Below are positions 60,747 to 64,000 of a stretch of 64,000 nucleotides of DNA, piece after piece; position 1 is the stretch's first letter, and each line of letters opens with the position of its first letter. A program made the position numbers and the translations under genes. Source of the stretch: Cetorhinus maximus (taxonomy: Eukaryota); assembly GCF_964194155.1 (NCBI RefSeq), contig NC_135892.1, positions 66,588,001 to 66,652,000 of the forward strand. The letters run 5' to 3'. Under the pieces are notes generated by a model, which worked only from the letters and a program-made list of their open reading frames with translations, searched no databases and was not told the origin of the DNA.

Positions 60747-63577
60747 TCATTTACGGGTGCTACATCTAGGTGCCTCTCCATCGCTCGGAGTAGCTTGTGA
60801 GACTGCCTGCTGACTCTGCTGTCCTGCTGGCCTCGAAGACCTTGATGGGCGTCCTCTGGTCCATGGAGCCTGTGATGGCCCCGCCTGGGAGGGAGTGGCC
60901 AGTTCCAGAACTGGCACCTCCCCAGTTGTCACAACCTCAACAGAAGAAACGTTGACTGGCAGAGAGGCGGAGGAGCTGCTGCCCTCATCCGGAGCGCCCT
61001 GAGAGGAGCTCGCAGCGACGACAGGCAGCTGCTGCGCCGATGTGAGGTCACACTGGACCTCCCTGCTCACCGCAGATGGATGTGCACCGAGCGCCGACAC
61101 TTGGTGCCCACTACATCTCCCACATTGGGAATGACCACCTGTGGCCATTACCGCTGTGAGAGCTTGCAGGTCAGAGCATAACCCAATCAGAAGATTCTCC
61201 ATCTGATCAAACCCCCTCTCCATGAGAGTCGCCAGTCTCTCAGTGGAGGAAGCGTGAAGCTCTGCCCTGAGGTTCATGCCTTCACTTGCACTCTGGCTGG
61301 ACTCCTCCATCGCAGAGACCAACTGAAGCATACCCTCATGCAACCCTGCCAGATGCAAACGCGATTCCTGCCGCTTGTCCTGCAGCTGCTGCATTGGGGA
61401 CAACTCCAGAGGCACGTCATCAGTACCGGACTCAGCATGTGCCTGGTCCCCTGCAGCCCTCCGGCTGCTGGCGCCATTGGCACTCTCTGTCCGTGCCATC
61501 TCCTCCAGCGATTGTGAAGTGCCCTCTCCACTGTGACCCGGGACACTAGCCGACATTAAATTCCCCACCGAGGTGTGTGTGTCTGCGCTGGTGCCTGGCT
61601 GGCTGAAATGATGTGCCGCAAGTTGCACGTCTTGGGCCTCAGGTGTGGAGGGGGGGCTCCGGTGTCGTTGGGGGCGGCCATGCGGTGGTGATGCTGAAAT
61701 TAACAACAAAGACAGTGGATCAGTTAGCGTTCAGTCAGTAACACGTTTCATCCCTTTGCCCCCCCCAGCCTCATAAGTCGCTCACCCTTCAAGACCCTAA
61801 GGAGACGAACATTGGTGAGGTGGAAAAGAGTCAAGAGGAGGTCCAAACATTAGACATGCATACAGACAGGCTGGTCAGATGGCTTCAGGAATGCCACATG
61901 GCATGTTATGTGCCATTGGAGTGGGGAGAGTGCAGAGGTACCTGACCTGGATGCATTGTGGCCTGGATAGTTGCGGGGCTGAGCAAACATCGCAAACAGT
62001 AGCGACATTTGCCGTGGATCACAGGAGATTGACAGGTCACATTATTGACCTTCATTCAGTAAGGAGGGGCATAGAACGGGTGGACAGAAGGCAACATTTC
62101 CCCTTGGCGCAAGGATGAGTAACGTGGTGGCATTTATTTAAGTTGAGTGCCATGAGGCTGACAGGTGAGGTGCTGAGGACCTTTTGGGCAGAGTAATGTG
62201 GGACGTACTGGCTGAAAGGGAGGTGGAGGTACAAACCCTCCTAAGATGCAAAACATCTTTGGCTGTGCAGCAGCGATGCCATGGCATGTTAGGCCATGGG
62301 GATAGTGGTCACAAATAGGATAAGGCAGCTTTGGAAGGTGCTGGAGACGCGCATCCTCAAGGGGACGAGGGACCTTTGTGTATGACACACACGTCAGAGT
62401 GTCTCAGTCTGTGAATGAGCAGTGTTGTTGCATTAATAATTGCAGCAACCATCAGTGGTTTGGATGGTGGGCAAACAGAGTGGATGGGACTGTGGACCTC
62501 AAATACCTGGCCGCTGGCCCCAGCCTCACCGCCACCTGCCGCCCTGGCCGCCTGCCTCCTCCCCAGCTCCATGGCCCGCTCCTCGAAGGTGGGTGAGGCG
62601 CTGGAGCAAGGCATGCCCACCACCAGTCCTCTGGCGCTCCCTGAGATTGTGCTCAGTTTTTGCCTGCAGAACAGAGAAGAGCATTTATTGGGGCTGATCG
62701 CTCATGTAGTCTGCACACACACGCCGCACCCCAACCACTGTGGCCCATCTGAGGCCTCCAGCGGCTCCTGTCCACACTACTGGTGATCAGTCCCCAGAAG
62801 ATAGTACGGCTGGTCCCAACCCCTTCCCCCAATGGACACCTTGGACACATTCAGCGTCCATCACTTGGAATAACAAACGGGTCTTAGCACCCATGGCAAG
62901 GAGAAGCAACTAGGTGCGATGCCGAGGCCAACAGATGGCTCTTGGCCACGACACCTTGAGGCTCCCCTTCCACCATCTCATCACCATCAATAAGACATGT
63001 GTTGGAGTTGTGAATATGTGTCTAGCTGCCTTCCCTGCAGGTTGCCCCCAGACTTCTCAAATGCGACAAACGCCAACATATGCTGCGGGGAGAACCCGTC
63101 TTCTCCTCAACCACTAAGGCTGATGTAAACATGGTCACTACCTGTTTGCCCACCCAGCATGCGCCAAATGCCCAATGCAGTAACGACACTAAGACGTGGG
63201 GAGGGGGAGGGGCTCAAAGGCTAAGGCTACCTGCTGGGTTAAATGGCCAAGGCTAACATGGTACTCACCCTTCCAGAGCGCAGCAAATCATTGAATCATT
63301 TGCGGCACTGGGTGCCTGTGCGCCGCACATCATCATGGGCGTTTACTGCGTCACCCACCTCCTCCCACGCCTGCCTGGTGACATGGGAAGCCCTCCTCCT
63401 CCCATCCTCCGGATACAAAACATCCTGACGGCTGGACACCTCTTGGAGGAGGACAGCAAGGCAGGCATCAGAGAAGCGAGGGGCACACTGGACCCCTGCT
63501 GGCCTCTCCTGCAGCCTGCCCCCCTCCTCCTGCTCCTGTCCTCTGAGAGCAGCCCCTCTCTCTCCCCGAGTGGCCAT
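60747..63577 (-). pseudogene. Harbinger Myb/SANT-like DNA-binding protein, exons 63577-63269, 62663-about 62507 and about 61693-60747
   Basis: APRFSDACLAVLLQEV..RQAWEEVGDAVNA..QCRK*FNDLLRSGR|GTGAGT; cag|AKTEHNLRERQRTGGG; the last exon is open for more than 300 codons. There is one stop and at least one frameshift, and the exon 2/3 phase is not fully reconciled. Confidence 0.9.
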
Positions 63578-64000
63578 GGTGCACTGCCTCAAGCAGGCTG
63601 CCTGGCCACTCGTTATACAGACTGCCGGCTCCCCATTGGAACTGGCGGTCTGAGCACGCCCGCCTCCGCGACTATTTTCCTGTTCTGCACGGGAGTCGCT
63701 AACCCGCTGGGCGGGCCTTAATTGGCCCACCCGTGGAAAATAGCGGCGCGGCCCGTTTCGGCGGTGGCAATCGGCTGCCCGCCCGCCACCGAGTCGGTCG
63801 GGCCCGCCCGCCCATCAAGGGCAAAATTCTGCCCATAATGCCGAAATCTAACCCAATAGCTTCTTTCAAATCATTACAAAATAATATGGTTATGGATTCT
63901 TCTCTGGTAAAGCAGGAGTTAAAAGCTTCAGAGTTCCACTTGGGGCGGGATGGGGGAGCGGCTGTTGTGAGGCTAAGAGACCCAGAAGAATGGGTTTCCT

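Larger units (their letters stand above)
58723..63834 (+). mobile_element. Structurally complete PIF/Harbinger DNA transposon, 5112 bp
   Basis: Perfect 12-bp TIR GGGCAGAATTTT. TSD ATA at 58720-58722 and 63835-63837. It contains two convergent genes. Confidence 0.97.

Overview
This is eukaryotic, repeat-dominated DNA. The repeat inventory points to a cartilaginous fish (shark-like); this is inferred from recalled repeat families, not from a database search. No intact host gene is evident. The window contains two CR1 LINE families, L2 fragments, SINEs, LTR/Gypsy remnants and a dense, nested set of PIF/Harbinger DNA transposons. The Harbinger set includes a structurally complete 5.1 kb copy (58723-63834) with convergent DDE transposase and spliced Myb/SANT genes, elements that keep the Myb gene but show no transposase, and related MITEs. 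The most striking structure is a 2.6 kb head-to-head Penelope-like (GIY-YIG) palindrome (50837-53444). It is flanked by a 13-bp target-site duplication and carries a minimal hammerhead ribozyme motif in each arm. All alignments and translations were done by eye, and boundaries of decayed repeats are approximate.
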